This document shows positions 1-12,136 of a stretch of 64,000 nucleotides of DNA, one piece after another. The translations under genes were made by a program, and so were the position numbers. Each line of letters starts with the position of its first letter. The stretch's first letter is position 1. Origin of the DNA: an uncultured Gemmatimonadales bacterium. GTDB taxonomy: Bacteria > Gemmatimonadota > Gemmatimonadetes > Gemmatimonadales > GWC2-71-9. The DNA lies in the NCBI GenBank assembly GCA_963842945.1, contig CAWJIM010000021.1:32001-96000 (forward strand), read 5' to 3'. The notes under the pieces are model-generated. The model was given only the letters and a program-made list of their open reading frames with translations, was not told the origin of the DNA and did not search any database.

Positions 1-396
1 GGGAGGCTGACTCTTCCGGCTGCCGGTGCTCCCGAATCCGGGTGTGGAGCCGGGCGCAGAGCTCAGGCAGGTGAATGGGAGCGACCAGGGCATCGGCGGC
101 ACCCCGGGCCAAGCGCGGCGGCCGGCCCGTCCGGATCCGCGCTCGACAGGACCACGACCTGAGGGGTCGACCCGTGGTTCACCGGGTAATCGGCGATCAG
201 GCGGTCACCGGGGCCGCAGCTGGCTCAGGGTGATGAGAATGGCATCACTGGCAGGACGAAGGGCGGGATCTTCCTGCTCGAGAAGCTGAAAGCCGGCACG
301 GGTGAGCGCCCGCTCCAGACCCTCGGGCCGGGCAGCGGCTTCCCCCAGCAGGAGAACCCGTGGGCGGTTGGGCTGTTCAGTTAAAGGCTCGCTCAC
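1..396 (-). CDS. Partial gene (runs off window start) with degenerate N-terminal receiver-like domain, possibly PleD-like signalling protein; frameshifted
   Basis: ORF 205..396 (RPRVLLLG...) continues in other frames as ...PQVVVLS...GAADALVAPIHLPELCARLHTRIR, resembling a receiver-domain C-terminus. Confidence 0.45.
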
Positions 397-413
397 ATCA
401 GACAGAGGAGTGC

Positions 414-1295
414 ATGCGTCACGCGCGAATGGGTGAACGGCTGGGAGCTCATGTATCGGTCCAGGGAGGCGTCGACAAGGCGCCGATCAGAGGAAAGGCG
501 ATTGGAGCGACGGCCATTCAGGTGTTTACCAAGACGCCAAGCCAGTGGCGTGAACCGAGCATTCCCGCGGAGTCTTTTGCCGCCTTCCGCCAACAATGTG
601 AGCGGCATCAGTTCACTAGTATAGTGGCGCATGATTCGTACCTTATCAACCTCGCCACTCCGGACCCGGTGTTAAGTGCCCGGTCGGAGGCCGCTTTCAT
701 TGGCGAGCTTCGGCGATGCGAGGCGTTCGGCATCCCCTATCTGGTGTCGCACCCCGGCAACTACATGGATAGCCGGAAGGCGGGCCTCAGACGGAACGCG
801 GCCGCCTATACCCGCTGTCTGCGCGCGGTGCCCGGGTCTGTGGTGGTGTTGCTGGAGACGACCGCCGGTTGCGGTACCGCTCTCGGCAGCAACTTCGAGG
901 AGCTGGCGGCGCTCCGCCAGATGGTCGGGTCTGATATCCGGCACCGGGTGGCGTACTGCGCCGATACCTGCCACCTCTACTCCTCGGGCTATGATCTGGT
1001 GCTCGACTATCAGGGGGTTTGGGAACAATGGGATGCCATCCTCGGTCTGGACCTTCTCCGCTGTCTCCACCTCAACGATTCGAAGACACCTTTTGCATCC
1101 TGTCGCGATCGACATGAGCTGATCGCGGAAGGATCGTTGGGGCCCCGGCCATTTCGTCGGATTATGACCGACCCGCGGTTTGATCACGTGATCAAGATCC
1201 TGGAAACGCCCAAGGGCAAGGACGGCGTTACCGCAGACCGGAAGATGCTGCGACGGCTTCGCACGTACGCGCGAGCCGTTCGCGTATCGCGTTGA
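414..1295 (+). CDS. nfo: Endonuclease IV (deoxyribonuclease IV)
   Basis: LGAHVS, HDSYLINLA, HPG, LLETTAG, DTCH, HLNDSK, DRHELI and ILETP motifs; GAGGAG just upstream of ATG 414. Confidence 0.95.
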   Translation: MRHARMGERLGAHVSVQGGVDKAPIRGKAIGATAIQVFTKTPSQWREPSIPAESFAAFRQQCERHQFTSIVAHDSYLINLATPDPVLSARSEAAFIGELRRCEAFGIPYLVSHPGNYMDSRKAGLRRNAAAYTRCLRAVPGSVVVLLETTAGCGTALGSNFEELAALRQMVGSDIRHRVAYCADTCHLYSSGYDLVLDYQGVWEQWDAILGLDLLRCLHLNDSKTPFASCRDRHELIAEGSLGPRPFRRIMTDPRFDHVIKILETPKGKDGVTADRKMLRRLRTYARAVRVSR

Positions 1296-1326
1296 CCCCC
1301 CGCCCCTCTCCGTCCATACTTGCTCG

Positions 1327-1928
1327 ATGCGAGTCCTCCTGGCACTCCTTTTCGTCTGGCCGGCTATGGGAGTGTCGGTGGCGCGCGGGCAGACCGACTA
1401 TTACGCCCGGCTGGGGGGGACTTTCGCGACCGACCTGGTCACCGACAACATCATTCAGGACATCCTGACCCAGCAAAGCCTGGCTCCCACGCTCGCTTTT
1501 GGGGTTTCCCTGCCGATCGCCCCTGCGTACTCGGGCGGGCTTGGAAACCGCCCTCTCCACCTCGGGATATCACAGCACCGAGGCCGACCAGGACACCGAT
1601 CTCGGTACCCTTACAACCGGCTCCGTTCTCCTCAATCTCGAGGGCCCCGTCTGGCACCGGGCAAGCTGGCGGGCAGGTCTCGGGCTGATCAGCTACCTGC
1701 CTGCCGATCAGACCGGAATCTTCCTCGGCGGGGGAACCACCCGGTTCCTGGCGGGAGCCGGATTTGACTACCGGCCCGCCATTGTTGACTCACTGGGACC
1801 TGATGATCAGCCTCCGCTACGACTTTCACCGATTTTCCACCGACGAGCTCGAAGCCCGAGGCTTCACCGGAAGCCAGGGCGTGCAACGGGTGTCCCTCTC
1901 CATCGGCCTGGCCCGGGCCCGCCGATGA
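1327..1928 (+). CDS. Secreted/outer-membrane beta-barrel-like protein (two frameshifts, ~1530 and ~1785)
   Basis: Signal peptide MRVLLALLFVWPAMG; amphipathic beta-strands across frames (WRAGLGLISY, FLAGAGFDYR, LMISLRYDFHRF, RVSLSIGL); stop overlaps next ATG (ATGA). Confidence 0.55.
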
Positions 1929-2597
1929 AGCCGGGCTCGGCCCTGCCGATACTTGGGGGGGTGCTGGCTGCCGCTGTCGGTTTGTCCTGTGCCGACATCG
2001 CCGCTCCCGGCCGGAGTGACGTGTACGAGTGGCGCTTCATAACTTCCACCGGCCCAGGCACCAACGATACGCTGACCTTCCATTGGCCGCGCTCGATGCT
2101 GCCGGTCAAGATCTGGGCGCAGGACACCCTGGACTTGCCGACCCACGTGACGCACGGGATCGACGTGTGGAAGGCCGCGTTTCTGTATCGTGAGTTCGAT
2201 GCGGTTCTGGTGCCGGACTCGAGCGCGGCGGATGTAATTGTCCGCGCGGACAGCCCGGCCAAGTCCACCGCGACGGCCCGGCTGCAGCTGAGCCTGGCGC
2301 CGGAGTGTGAGGGCGGAACGGATATCGTCCCGCTGCCCGGTAGCCGGACGATCCAATACCCCGTTCGGGTCTTCCTGCTTCCCCGGTTCGATGCGGCCGC
2401 TCCTGGGGTCAGCGAGTGCCTGGCGCTCACCGCCACCCACGAGCTGGGACATGCGATCGGCATCTTCACCCATTCCTCGGTGGCGACCGATCATCATGTT
2501 TGTCGATCCCGTTGTAGCCGAGCTGAGCGCCCGCGACCGGGGCACCATCGAGCGGGCCTACCACGTTGAGCCCAATGTCTCGGTGCCGGTTCACTGA
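1925..2597 (+). CDS. Matrixin-family (metzincin) zinc metalloprotease lipoprotein; frameshift ~2490
   Basis: Lipobox VGLSC; HELGHAIGIFTHS zinc motif; Met-turn-like IMF and LSARDRGTIERAY in the second frame. Confidence 0.8.
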
Positions 2598-2654
2598 GGT
2601 TGCCCCTAGCAGTCCGAACATTGATCTTTCGCGACTAACGTGCAGCGGGAGCGT

Positions 2655-4247
<1,593 letters not shown>

Positions 4248-4251
<4 letters not shown>

Positions 4252-5634
4252 GCAGGGCAGCAAGGCGGCGGGACGGCGGGGTGGCAAACGCAAGAGCAGC
4301 TCCGGGTAAAGACCTGCCGGTGAGCGCCGCCAAGGACGACCGCCCCGCTGCCCCGCTGCCCTCCTGCCCCACTGAAATCATCCGCGATCCTCTCTGGGAC
4401 AACATCCGGCTCGACCGGGCCGCATTGCTCGCCCTGGACACACCCACCGTTCAGCGCCTTCGCTACGTTCGGCAGGTCGGTCACAGCTTCCTGGTCTATC
4501 CAGGGGCCACCCATACCCGCTTCGAGCACGCACTGGGTGCCTACCACCTCACCCGCAGGGCCATCGCGGCGCTCGACGAGCTGGGTGAGCTGCCGGCCCG
4601 CCTGCATGAGGACTGCGTGGCGGTTCGAATGGCCGCGCTGCTCCACGACATCGGTCACTATCCCTTCTCGCATGCATCTGGAGGAGGCAGGATTTCCCTC
4701 GCACGAGGTGCTGGGCGTTCGCAAGCTCTTCGAGGGAGAGCTGGGCGAGTGTCTGGTTCAGCTCGGCGGTAAGACCTTTCCCGAGACCATCGGAGCCCTG
4801 ATCGCAGGAAGGAGCTCGAGCCCGCTGCAGGGACTGATCTCCGGCACCATCGATCTGGATAAGGTGGATTATTTGAGCCGGGATGCCCGGATGTGCGGGG
4901 TTCCCTACGGTACGGTGGATGTAGACCGGCTCCTCTCCTCCCTGACACTGGTCGAGGTGGCAGAGGGACGTTGGGAAGTTGGCATCCAGGAAAAAGGCGT
5001 CAGCGCGCTCGAATCACTCCTCTTTGCCAAGTACCAGATGTACCGCAACGTGTACTGGCACCACGCGGTCCGCTCTGCCACCTGCATGTTCAAGCGCGCG
5101 GTGCGAGAAGCGGTGAGGCGCGGCACGGTCACCGCCGAGAGCATCGCCGAGTCGACCGATGATGGCCTGATGGAGCTGCTCATCAGAGACCGGAATCCGC
5201 TGGCTCGGTGCATTCGGGCCCGGCGGCTACACAAGCGGGCGATCGATCTCCCGGCGAGTGAAGTCGCCGGTGACGTTCAGCCGTGGGTGGCCGATGATCC
5301 GGATCTGCTCGAGCGGGTGGAAAATGCGGTGGCCGATCAGATCGGTGTGCCGCCGGGCAGCGTGCTGATCGACTTCCCTGCGCGATCGGGCATGCTCGGA
5401 GTCAATCTCCCGCTGCGGACCCGCTCCGGGTCGGTGGAACGGCTGACCGATGCCGGCCGAGTGGGGCACTTGGGGCTCCCCCGGGTGGCCGACGAGCTGT
5501 ACCAAAGTGCCCGGCGCCTTCGTATCTTCGTGGCCGCACCTGCCGGGCGATCACTCGAACCGGTGTTGGAGATTTTGACCTGGCCTGCCGCCGAGGTGGA
5601 GCGGAGGCTGGATGAACAGCTGGCTCTGGTATAA
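4248..5634 (+). CDS. HD-domain phosphohydrolase (SAMHD1/dNTPase-like family); frameshift ~4675; start uncertain (4248 or 4320)
   Basis: [60 protein letters not shown]. Confidence 0.9.
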
Positions 5635-5643
5635 AGAGGAATC

Positions 5644-6099
5644 ATGCTGAGCAGACGCGGATTTGTGGCTGGACTTGCCGGGCTCTTCATCGCGGGACGC
5701 CGGACCGGGTGGGCAGCGGCGCCTCCTACGGCAATCATTGTGTACAAGAGCCGAAGCTGTGGCTGCTGCGCCAAATGGGTAGATCACATGCAATCTCAGG
5801 GCTTCAAGCCCCAGGTCCACGATGAAGAGAACATGGACCGGCTCAAGGACGAGCTGGGCGTCCCCCAGGCCGTACGGTCCTGTCACACTGCGGTTGTGGG
5901 AGGGTATTTGATCGAGGGTCATGTTCCCGCGGCAGATATCCGGCAACTGCTCTGGGATCGCCCGAAAGTCGCAGGTCTTGCTGTCCCCGGAATGCCAGCG
6001 GGGACCCCCGGGATGGCAGAATCCGAATCAGCGGTAGGCGATTTTGAGGTACTCGCCTTTCAATCTGACGGTTCCACCCGCCCCTTCGCTCGGCACTAA
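5644..6099 (+). CDS. DUF411/CopG-like metal-binding protein with Tat signal
   Basis: SRRGFV Tat motif; CGCC, SCHT, EGHVPA, GLAVPGMPAGTPGM. Confidence 0.85.
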   Translation: MLSRRGFVAGLAGLFIAGRRTGWAAAPPTAIIVYKSRSCGCCAKWVDHMQSQGFKPQVHDEENMDRLKDELGVPQAVRSCHTAVVGGYLIEGHVPAADIRQLLWDRPKVAGLAVPGMPAGTPGMAESESAVGDFEVLAFQSDGSTRPFARH

Positions 6100-6127
6100 C
6101 CCGCAGACCTGCTCGACTTCCTGATCC

Positions 6128-6352
6128 TCATCCCTGATGCTTCGTGCCGCCGATTCTCCTCTCGGGGCCGCTGTAGTCGCTCTCCCGGTGCCGGCGCCGC
6201 TCTATGGGCGCGTCGCCCGGAGCGTCATCCGGTAGGGGTGATCCCTCAACCCGCATCGCCGATGCAGGATGAACCCCGTGGGCGCCGGCATCGGAAGCGC
6301 CCCCCATGCCCGACTCGGGCAAGGGCTGATCATCGTCACGTGGCATATACAC
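6128..6352 (-). CDS. Small hypothetical protein
   Basis: GAGGAGG Shine-Dalgarno-like sequence upstream; ERRR...YSGPERR motif. Confidence 0.4.
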   Translation of the reverse strand: MYMPRDDDQPLPESGMGGASDAGAHGVHPASAMRVEGSPLPDDAPGDAPIERRRHRESDYSGPERRIGGTKHQG

Positions 6353-6419
6353 CTCCTCGGTCGGTCGGAAGCTAGGCCGTCCTCGAGCGAGGAGTTGTGG
6401 TGCCGCTCACATCTCGACA

Positions 6420-6770
6420 TCATGGAGGAATCGTGAGCGTCACGATGTCCCCTGGCTGCACCACCATTTCCTCGGTGATGGGACTCCGACTACCCCCGAT
6501 CGGGTCGGCCAGGAATTTCAGCGGACCGGCTCCCCGGGTGAGCGTCACTGGGATGGTGAACGACTTGGTCGAGTTGCCGGTAGCCAGGCCGAGGCGGGTC
6601 CGCTGCGATCCGCTCACGGCGTAAATGACCATGTCGGCAAAGCCGCGGTTTTCCACCTGCACCATTGCCGGATCATCCGGATTGGCTGCCGACTGCTGAT
6701 TTCGGCCGGCGCACCCGGCGGTCAGATTCAAGACAGCGCCGAAGAGAAAAAACCGAAGGACAGAGCGCAT
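6420..6770 (-). CDS. Hypothetical lipoprotein
   Basis: Hydrophobic signal peptide with lipobox TAGC; beta-rich mature domain. Confidence 0.7.
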   Translation of the reverse strand: MRSVLRFFLFGAVLNLTAGCAGRNQQSAANPDDPAMVQVENRGFADMVIYAVSGSQRTRLGLATGNSTKSFTIPVTLTRGAGPLKFLADPIGGSRSPITEEMVVQPGDIVTLTIPP

Positions 6771-7272
6771 GGAAGCTGCCACTGTAGTGCCCTACCGTGA
6801 GGAGTTCAGAAGCGCGTTCGAGCAGCTCAATCGCGACTGGATTGAAGCGTACTTCGTGCTGGAGGAAGCGGATCGTGAGCTCTTCCGCGACCCCGCATCC
6901 GAAGTGCTTGCGGCCGGCGGGCAGATCTTCTTCGTGCTCGAGGGAAACCAGGTGCAGGGGACCTGTGCCGTGCTGCGGCACAATGGGGAGGATTTCGAGA
7001 TTGCCAAGATGGCCGTTGCTCCGTCGGCGCGAGGCCGCGGCTACGGAGACCGTCTCATGGAAGCCGCCGTCCAGTTTGCCGCCCAGGCCGGCGGCAAGCG
7101 CATGATCATCGTATCAAACACCGTGCTGAAGCCTGCCATCCGGCTGTACCAGAAGCACGGCTTCGTTCAGGTCCCGCTCACGCCGGATGAGCGCTACCAG
7201 CGGGTCAACATCCGGCTCGAGCGGGAGCTTACGGCTACGGCGTCCGCCGGGCTCCCCGCAGCAGACGAATGA
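6769..7272 (+). CDS. GNAT family N-acetyltransferase
   Basis: EIAKMAVAPSARGRGYG acetyl-CoA motif A; AIRLYQKHGF motif B. Confidence 0.9.
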   Translation: MEAATVVPYREEFRSAFEQLNRDWIEAYFVLEEADRELFRDPASEVLAAGGQIFFVLEGNQVQGTCAVLRHNGEDFEIAKMAVAPSARGRGYGDRLMEAAVQFAAQAGGKRMIIVSNTVLKPAIRLYQKHGFVQVPLTPDERYQRVNIRLERELTATASAGLPAADE

Positions 7273-7495
7273 TGAGCAGCAGGACCACCGCGCCAATGAA
7301 GGCGACGAAGATGGTGCCGGCAATCCCCGAAGCTGGAGCACTCCAGCCCATTCGGCTGAACAGCCAGCCGCCGAACAAGGCGCCCAGTATCCCGATCACG
7401 ATGTCGCCCAGAATCCCGTAGCCGATCCCTCCCATGACCAACGACGCAAGCAACCCCGCCACTAAGCCGACGATGATCCAGGTCAGGACGTCCAT
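7235..7495 (-). CDS. GlsB/YeaQ/YmgE family (transglycosylase-associated) membrane protein
   Basis: WIIVGLVAGLLA...GDIVIGILGALFGGWLF...AFIGAVVLL. Confidence 0.9.
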   Translation of the reverse strand: MDVLTWIIVGLVAGLLASLVMGGIGYGILGDIVIGILGALFGGWLFSRMGWSAPASGIAGTIFVAFIGAVVLLLIIRLLRGARRTP

Positions 7496-7668
7496 AGAGC
7501 CTCGCTACCGTAAGGGCCAGGATGGTGAGCACGGACGGTGAGTTGCCCGGTAGGATTATGCCACCCCAGTGAAAGACCGGCTAGGCCGGGCGCTGGCACC
7601 GCAGCAGGCCATGCATTAGCTCTACCTTCTTGGTTTCGCTCCACACCTCCAGCTCACAAGGACCGCAC

Positions 7669-8106
7669 GTGCTCAAGGAATCTCCGGACCACCATGATGC
7701 CGATCTCGTGCTCAAGATCTACGACCTGCGACGCGAGACGGTAATGCGCGAGTCACGAACGGCCATCAACGCCAAGTTCTGGCCCCGCAGCTCGGAGGAG
7801 GCGATCGCAGTGACCGCCACCGATCATCCGTTGAACCTGGCGTACCGGCAGACTTCAGGCTACTGGGAGATGGTCTATGGCATGGCCCGCCATGGTATCA
7901 TCAACCCGGATTTTTTGGTGGAGAATAACGGCGAAGGATTGCTGCTTTACGCCAGGATCGAGCCTTATCTGGCCGAGTTCCGGCAAGCCACGTCACCGAC
8001 CTCGTTCCGGAACGCCGAGTGGGTGGCGACGCATTCCGCGGTTGGACAGATGTTGATGGAGCGCTATCGGGCCCGGCTCAAGCGGATGTTGGAGACGCGT
8101 CGCTGA
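7669..8106 (+). CDS. Conserved hypothetical protein (DUF4760-like)
   Basis: DADLVLKIYDLRRE...YWEMV...FRNAEW pattern; GTG start preceded by AAGGA. Confidence 0.65.
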   Translation: MLKESPDHHDADLVLKIYDLRRETVMRESRTAINAKFWPRSSEEAIAVTATDHPLNLAYRQTSGYWEMVYGMARHGIINPDFLVENNGEGLLLYARIEPYLAEFRQATSPTSFRNAEWVATHSAVGQMLMERYRARLKRMLETRR

Positions 8107-8892
8107 TCAGGAGCGCTCGCCAGCTGCGGTCTGGACCACCGGGTGCTCTCCCGTGTTGCTATCCACGGAGTCGATCCGGATCACGATAGCGGTGATGTTG
8201 TCCAATCCCCCCCGGCGGTTCGCCTCGGTCACCATCTGATCCACCCAGGTCTGAGGACCACCCTCGGAGCGCAGAATCTGCAGCAGCTGCTCGTCCTCCA
8301 GCATTCCGGTGAGCCCGTCGGATGCCAGCAGGAGAATGTCCCCCTTCTCCAGCGAACCGAAGTAGATGTCCGGCACCACGTCGATCCCGGCACCGACACA
8401 TCGGGTGATCACGTTGCTGTAGGGGTGCACCCGGGCCTGGTCTGGAGTGAGCAGCCCAGCATCGACTTGCTCCTGAACGTACGAATGGTCCTTGGTGAGC
8501 TGCTGGAACTGACCGTCGCGGAACAGGTAGGCCCGGCTGTCTCCCACCTGGCCGATCAGATACCGCTGTGGCAGCAGCACCAGCACCGTCGCCGTGGTGC
8601 CCATCCCCCGCTTGTCCTGCTCCGACAGGGTGCGCTCGAAGATGGCGTCGTTGGCGGCTCGAATTGCGGTGCTGACCCGCTCGCCGGCCTCTTCGTCGCT
8701 CAGGCCCCGGACCGAGCCAATTGCCTGGGAGGTGATCCTGACGGCCATTTCACTCGCCACCTCACCGGCTGCGTGGCCTCCCATGCCGTCGGCCACGATG
8801 AAGATGCCGTGGTCGGCCAGCATGAGGTAGTTGTCTTCATTGCCCGAACGGACGATGCCGACGTCGGTGCGAGCGGCGCAGGTGAAGTGCAC
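8107..8892 (-). CDS. PP2C-type Ser/Thr phosphatase (Stp1/IreP family)
   Basis: TDVGIVRSGNED, VADGMGGH, MGTT, VGDSRAY, LLASDGL, GGLDNIT. Confidence 0.95.
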   Translation of the reverse strand: MHFTCAARTDVGIVRSGNEDNYLMLADHGIFIVADGMGGHAAGEVASEMAVRITSQAIGSVRGLSDEEAGERVSTAIRAANDAIFERTLSEQDKRGMGTTATVLVLLPQRYLIGQVGDSRAYLFRDGQFQQLTKDHSYVQEQVDAGLLTPDQARVHPYSNVITRCVGAGIDVVPDIYFGSLEKGDILLLASDGLTGMLEDEQLLQILRSEGGPQTWVDQMVTEANRRGGLDNITAIVIRIDSVDSNTGEHPVVQTAAGERS

Positions 8893-8901
8893 GAGACTCC
8901 G

Positions 8902-10268
8902 TTAGTAGGTCGACAACAAGTAGGCGAGAATAGCTACTAAAATCAGCAGTCCGACCACCATGATCGTGGAGGGACTTTTCGGTCGTGGGGATGCCACGTG
9001 GATCGGACGGCGCGGCCGGGCCCTGGGCTGGGGAACCTCGGCCACCTGCGCCACCGGCTCGGCTGGTGTTGCCGCCGGCTGGGCCGCGGGGGCAGAGCGG
9101 TGAGCGTCAACCTCGACCCGGGGCATCATCCGCGTGTTGCTGGCTTTCGGGGCCGGCACCGATTCATCGAGCGGCTCGAACAAGGCCGAAACGTCCCCGA
9201 ATTTGAGCGTGGTGCCCGGCCCGAGCGGTGCCTCTCCGGTCAGCCGCTCTCCTTCGACAAAGGTGCCGTTGGTGGAGCCCAGATCGGTCAGGACCCACAC
9301 GGCGTCCCGTCGCTGCAGCTTGGCGTGCATAGTGCTGACGCTCGGGTCGGCAATGACCACGTCGTTGTAGTCTCCCCGCCCGATATTGGCCACCGGAACC
9401 TTGATCGGCAAGCGCCGTCCCTTGAGCTCGCCGCTGCGAAACAGGAACGACGCCAATGGTGCCGCCGTGGCCGAGGGCGGAGTAGGTGTTCGCTGCTCGG
9501 CAGTGCCAGCCAGCGGCGACCGGGAAGCCGTGCATGGTTTCGGAGAGCCGGCTCGTGGCCCCGGGAGGTGGCGTGGGCGGTCTGGCGGGCTCGGGTGCCG
9601 GGGCAGCGGCCCTGGGAAGCGGCATCGGCGTAGAAGCGAAACTCGTCATTGCCGATCCGGATCACGTCGGCTCGGGCCAGCAGGTGAGTCTTCCCGCTTC
9701 GTTCCCCATTGACGTACGTGCCGTTGACGCTGAGGTCCACCAGCAGGTAGCCCTGCGGGTCCGACCGGATCTCGGCATGGTGACGCGACACGTCGTTGCC
9801 GGTAACCACGACATCCGAGCTCGCGTCCCGGCCGATCCGGAGTGGGCCCTGACCCACGTTGTATTCCCGGCCGTCCGTAAGACACACCAGCCGTCCGCCG
9901 GTGGTTCCAGCGGGCGGCTTGCTGCTCTTGGGGGAGACCAGATCGGCAAAGGCGCCGGAGTCGAAGAGCTGAGTGCTGCCGCCGCGGGTCGAGTCCACTA
10001 CCCGGAGCTCGTGCGGGCCGATGCCGATCTTGTCGCCGTGCAGCAGCGGAGTGGGCTCCGCCCCCAGGCGAACCCCGTTGACCCTCACTTCTGCCTCGGC
10101 CGCTGCGGCCCGAATGGCGGCAGAGCCCGGCTGAGTGGCTTGTACCAAAGCGTGGCGCGGCTGCACCCCCTCGCCTTCCAGCACCACTTTATTGTCCGAC
10201 GCCGATCCGATAGCTGTCTCACCGGCAGCTATGGCGTATCGCTCGCCGCCGATTTCGAGATGGATCAT
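8902..10268 (-). CDS. Protein with three FHA domains and C-terminal TM helix; frameshifted ~9480-9620
   Basis: FHA motifs IGRDASSD...VSRHHA...SVNGTYVNG and IGRGDYND...VSTMHA...STNGTFVEG, plus a degenerate first FHA; hydrophobic C-terminus. Confidence 0.85.
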
Positions 10269-10339
10269 CGATATCCCGCGGGAAAAAAGTCGAATCGGAG
10301 AAACGTATCCGCCGGTATGTAGCGAGGCAAGTGATGGGA

Positions 10340-12124
10340 TTATGCGATCTTACGGACCTCTTGACCACGCAGCTGCAGCTGATATAGCCGCTGATAGAGA
10401 CCCTGCTGAGCCAGCAGCTCCCGATGACTGCCCCGTTCCCTGATCTCCCCATGCTGGAGAACCAGGATCTCGTCTGCGTGGAGTATGGTGCTGAGCCGGT
10501 GAGCCACCACAATGCTGGTCCGCCCCACCATCAGCTCGGCAATGGCATGCTGGATCTGACCCTCGGCTTGGGCATCGACCGAACTGGTGGCCTCGTCCAG
10601 CACCAGGATGGTGGGATCCAGGGCCAGGGCCCGGGCAAAGCTCAATAGCTGACGTTCACCGACGCTCAGACTGCGTCCCCGCTCGCCCAGCTGATGGTGA
10701 TATCCGGAGGGCAGACGCTCGATGAACCGGTCGGCACCAACTCGAATGGCTGCCTGTCGGGCCGATTCAGGTGCCACCGGCGCGCCGAGGGTCAGGTTGT
10801 GCATGATGTCGCCCACGAACAGAAACAGGTCCTGCTGCACGAACCCGATGTATCTCCGCAGCTCCGAGGTAGAGAGCTGCCGAATATCCACGCCATCCAG
10901 AAGAATGCGCCCCCGGTCGGGATCGTAGAAGCGGAGCAGCAGGTTCACGATGGTGGTCTTCCCCGCACCCGTGTGGCCCACCAAGGCCAGGGTCTGCCCC
11001 GGCGAGGCGGTAAAGCTTACGTCACGCAGAACCCAGGGACCTTCGGGGGAGTAGCGGAACCAGACGTTCTCGAACCGCACCTCGCCCCTGACTTCCTGAT
11101 TCAGACCCACTGGACGCTCGGGCTCGAGTACCGTCACCGGTTCGTTCAGCAGAGCGAACACCCGCTCTGACGAAGCCATGGCGCTCTGCAGCAGGTTGAA
11201 CTTCTCCGACAGGTCCTGCAGCGGCTGGAAAAAGCGGCGGGTGAGCTGAATGAATGCCGCCAGAACACCCACCGTGAGGCTTCCTCGAATTGTCCGAAGA
11301 CCCCCGTAATACAGGAGAAGTGCCATGGCGACGGCCGTGAGCACCTCCACCACCGGAAAGAAGACGGCATAGACGGTGATGGAGCGAAGATGGGCCTGAA
11401 GGTGGTCTCGGTTGAGCGCGGCGAACTGCGCGGCGGAATCCTGCTCCCGTCCGAACAGCTGGATGACCCGCATGCCCGACAGCCGCTCCTGCAGATACGC
11501 GTTCAGCCGGGCCAGCCGCACCCTGATGTCACGGAATGCTTCTCGTACCCGACGACGGAAGATCGTCGCGGTGAGCCAGACCAGCGGAATGACCGAGAAC
11601 GTCACCAGCGCCAGACGCCAGTCCACCAGCAGCATCATCGTCATGATCGCCAGCAGGGTGAACACGTCGCCGAACACGGTGACGACGCCGGAGGAAAACA
11701 GCTCGTTCAGCGTTTCGACGTCGGAGGTCACCCGGGTCATGAGGCGGCCCACGGGATTTCGATCGAAGTAACCGATGCTGAGCCGCTGCAGATGGGTGAA
11801 GATCTGCATCCGGAGGTCGTACATCACCCGCTGCCCGACGTACGCGGTGAGGAGGGTCTGCCCATACTCCACACCGAAGTCGAGGAGGAGCGCGGCCAGG
11901 AAGATCGCCGCCAGACTGCCGAGCAGCCCGGCATCATGGTTCGGAATGGCGATATCGAGCGCGCGCTGGGTGAGGGCCGGCCCCACCAGCGCCAGGCCCG
12001 CACCAGCCAGTAGAAGCAGGATCGCCAGCCCGGTCAGAGCACGATATGGCCGCAGGTAGGTCAGCAGGCGCCGGAGGAGTGCCGCGTCGTAGCCTCGGTC
12101 GAGGACTTCGTCCTGTTCGCTCAT
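10340..12124 (-). CDS. ABC exporter, fused permease/ATP-binding protein (MsbA/MdlB-like)
   Basis: TM domain plus GHTGAGKT, LSVGERQ, LVLDEATS, VAHRLST. Confidence 0.95.
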   Translation of the reverse strand: MSEQDEVLDRGYDAALLRRLLTYLRPYRALTGLAILLLLAGAGLALVGPALTQRALDIAIPNHDAGLLGSLAAIFLAALLLDFGVEYGQTLLTAYVGQRVMYDLRMQIFTHLQRLSIGYFDRNPVGRLMTRVTSDVETLNELFSSGVVTVFGDVFTLLAIMTMMLLVDWRLALVTFSVIPLVWLTATIFRRRVREAFRDIRVRLARLNAYLQERLSGMRVIQLFGREQDSAAQFAALNRDHLQAHLRSITVYAVFFPVVEVLTAVAMALLLYYGGLRTIRGSLTVGVLAAFIQLTRRFFQPLQDLSEKFNLLQSAMASSERVFALLNEPVTVLEPERPVGLNQEVRGEVRFENVWFRYSPEGPWVLRDVSFTASPGQTLALVGHTGAGKTTIVNLLLRFYDPDRGRILLDGVDIRQLSTSELRRYIGFVQQDLFLFVGDIMHNLTLGAPVAPESARQAAIRVGADRFIERLPSGYHHQLGERGRSLSVGERQLLSFARALALDPTILVLDEATSSVDAQAEGQIQHAIAELMVGRTSIVVAHRLSTILHADEILVLQHGEIRERGSHRELLAQQGLYQRLYQLQLRGQEVRKIA

Positions 12125-12136
12125 CGCATTCGCATC

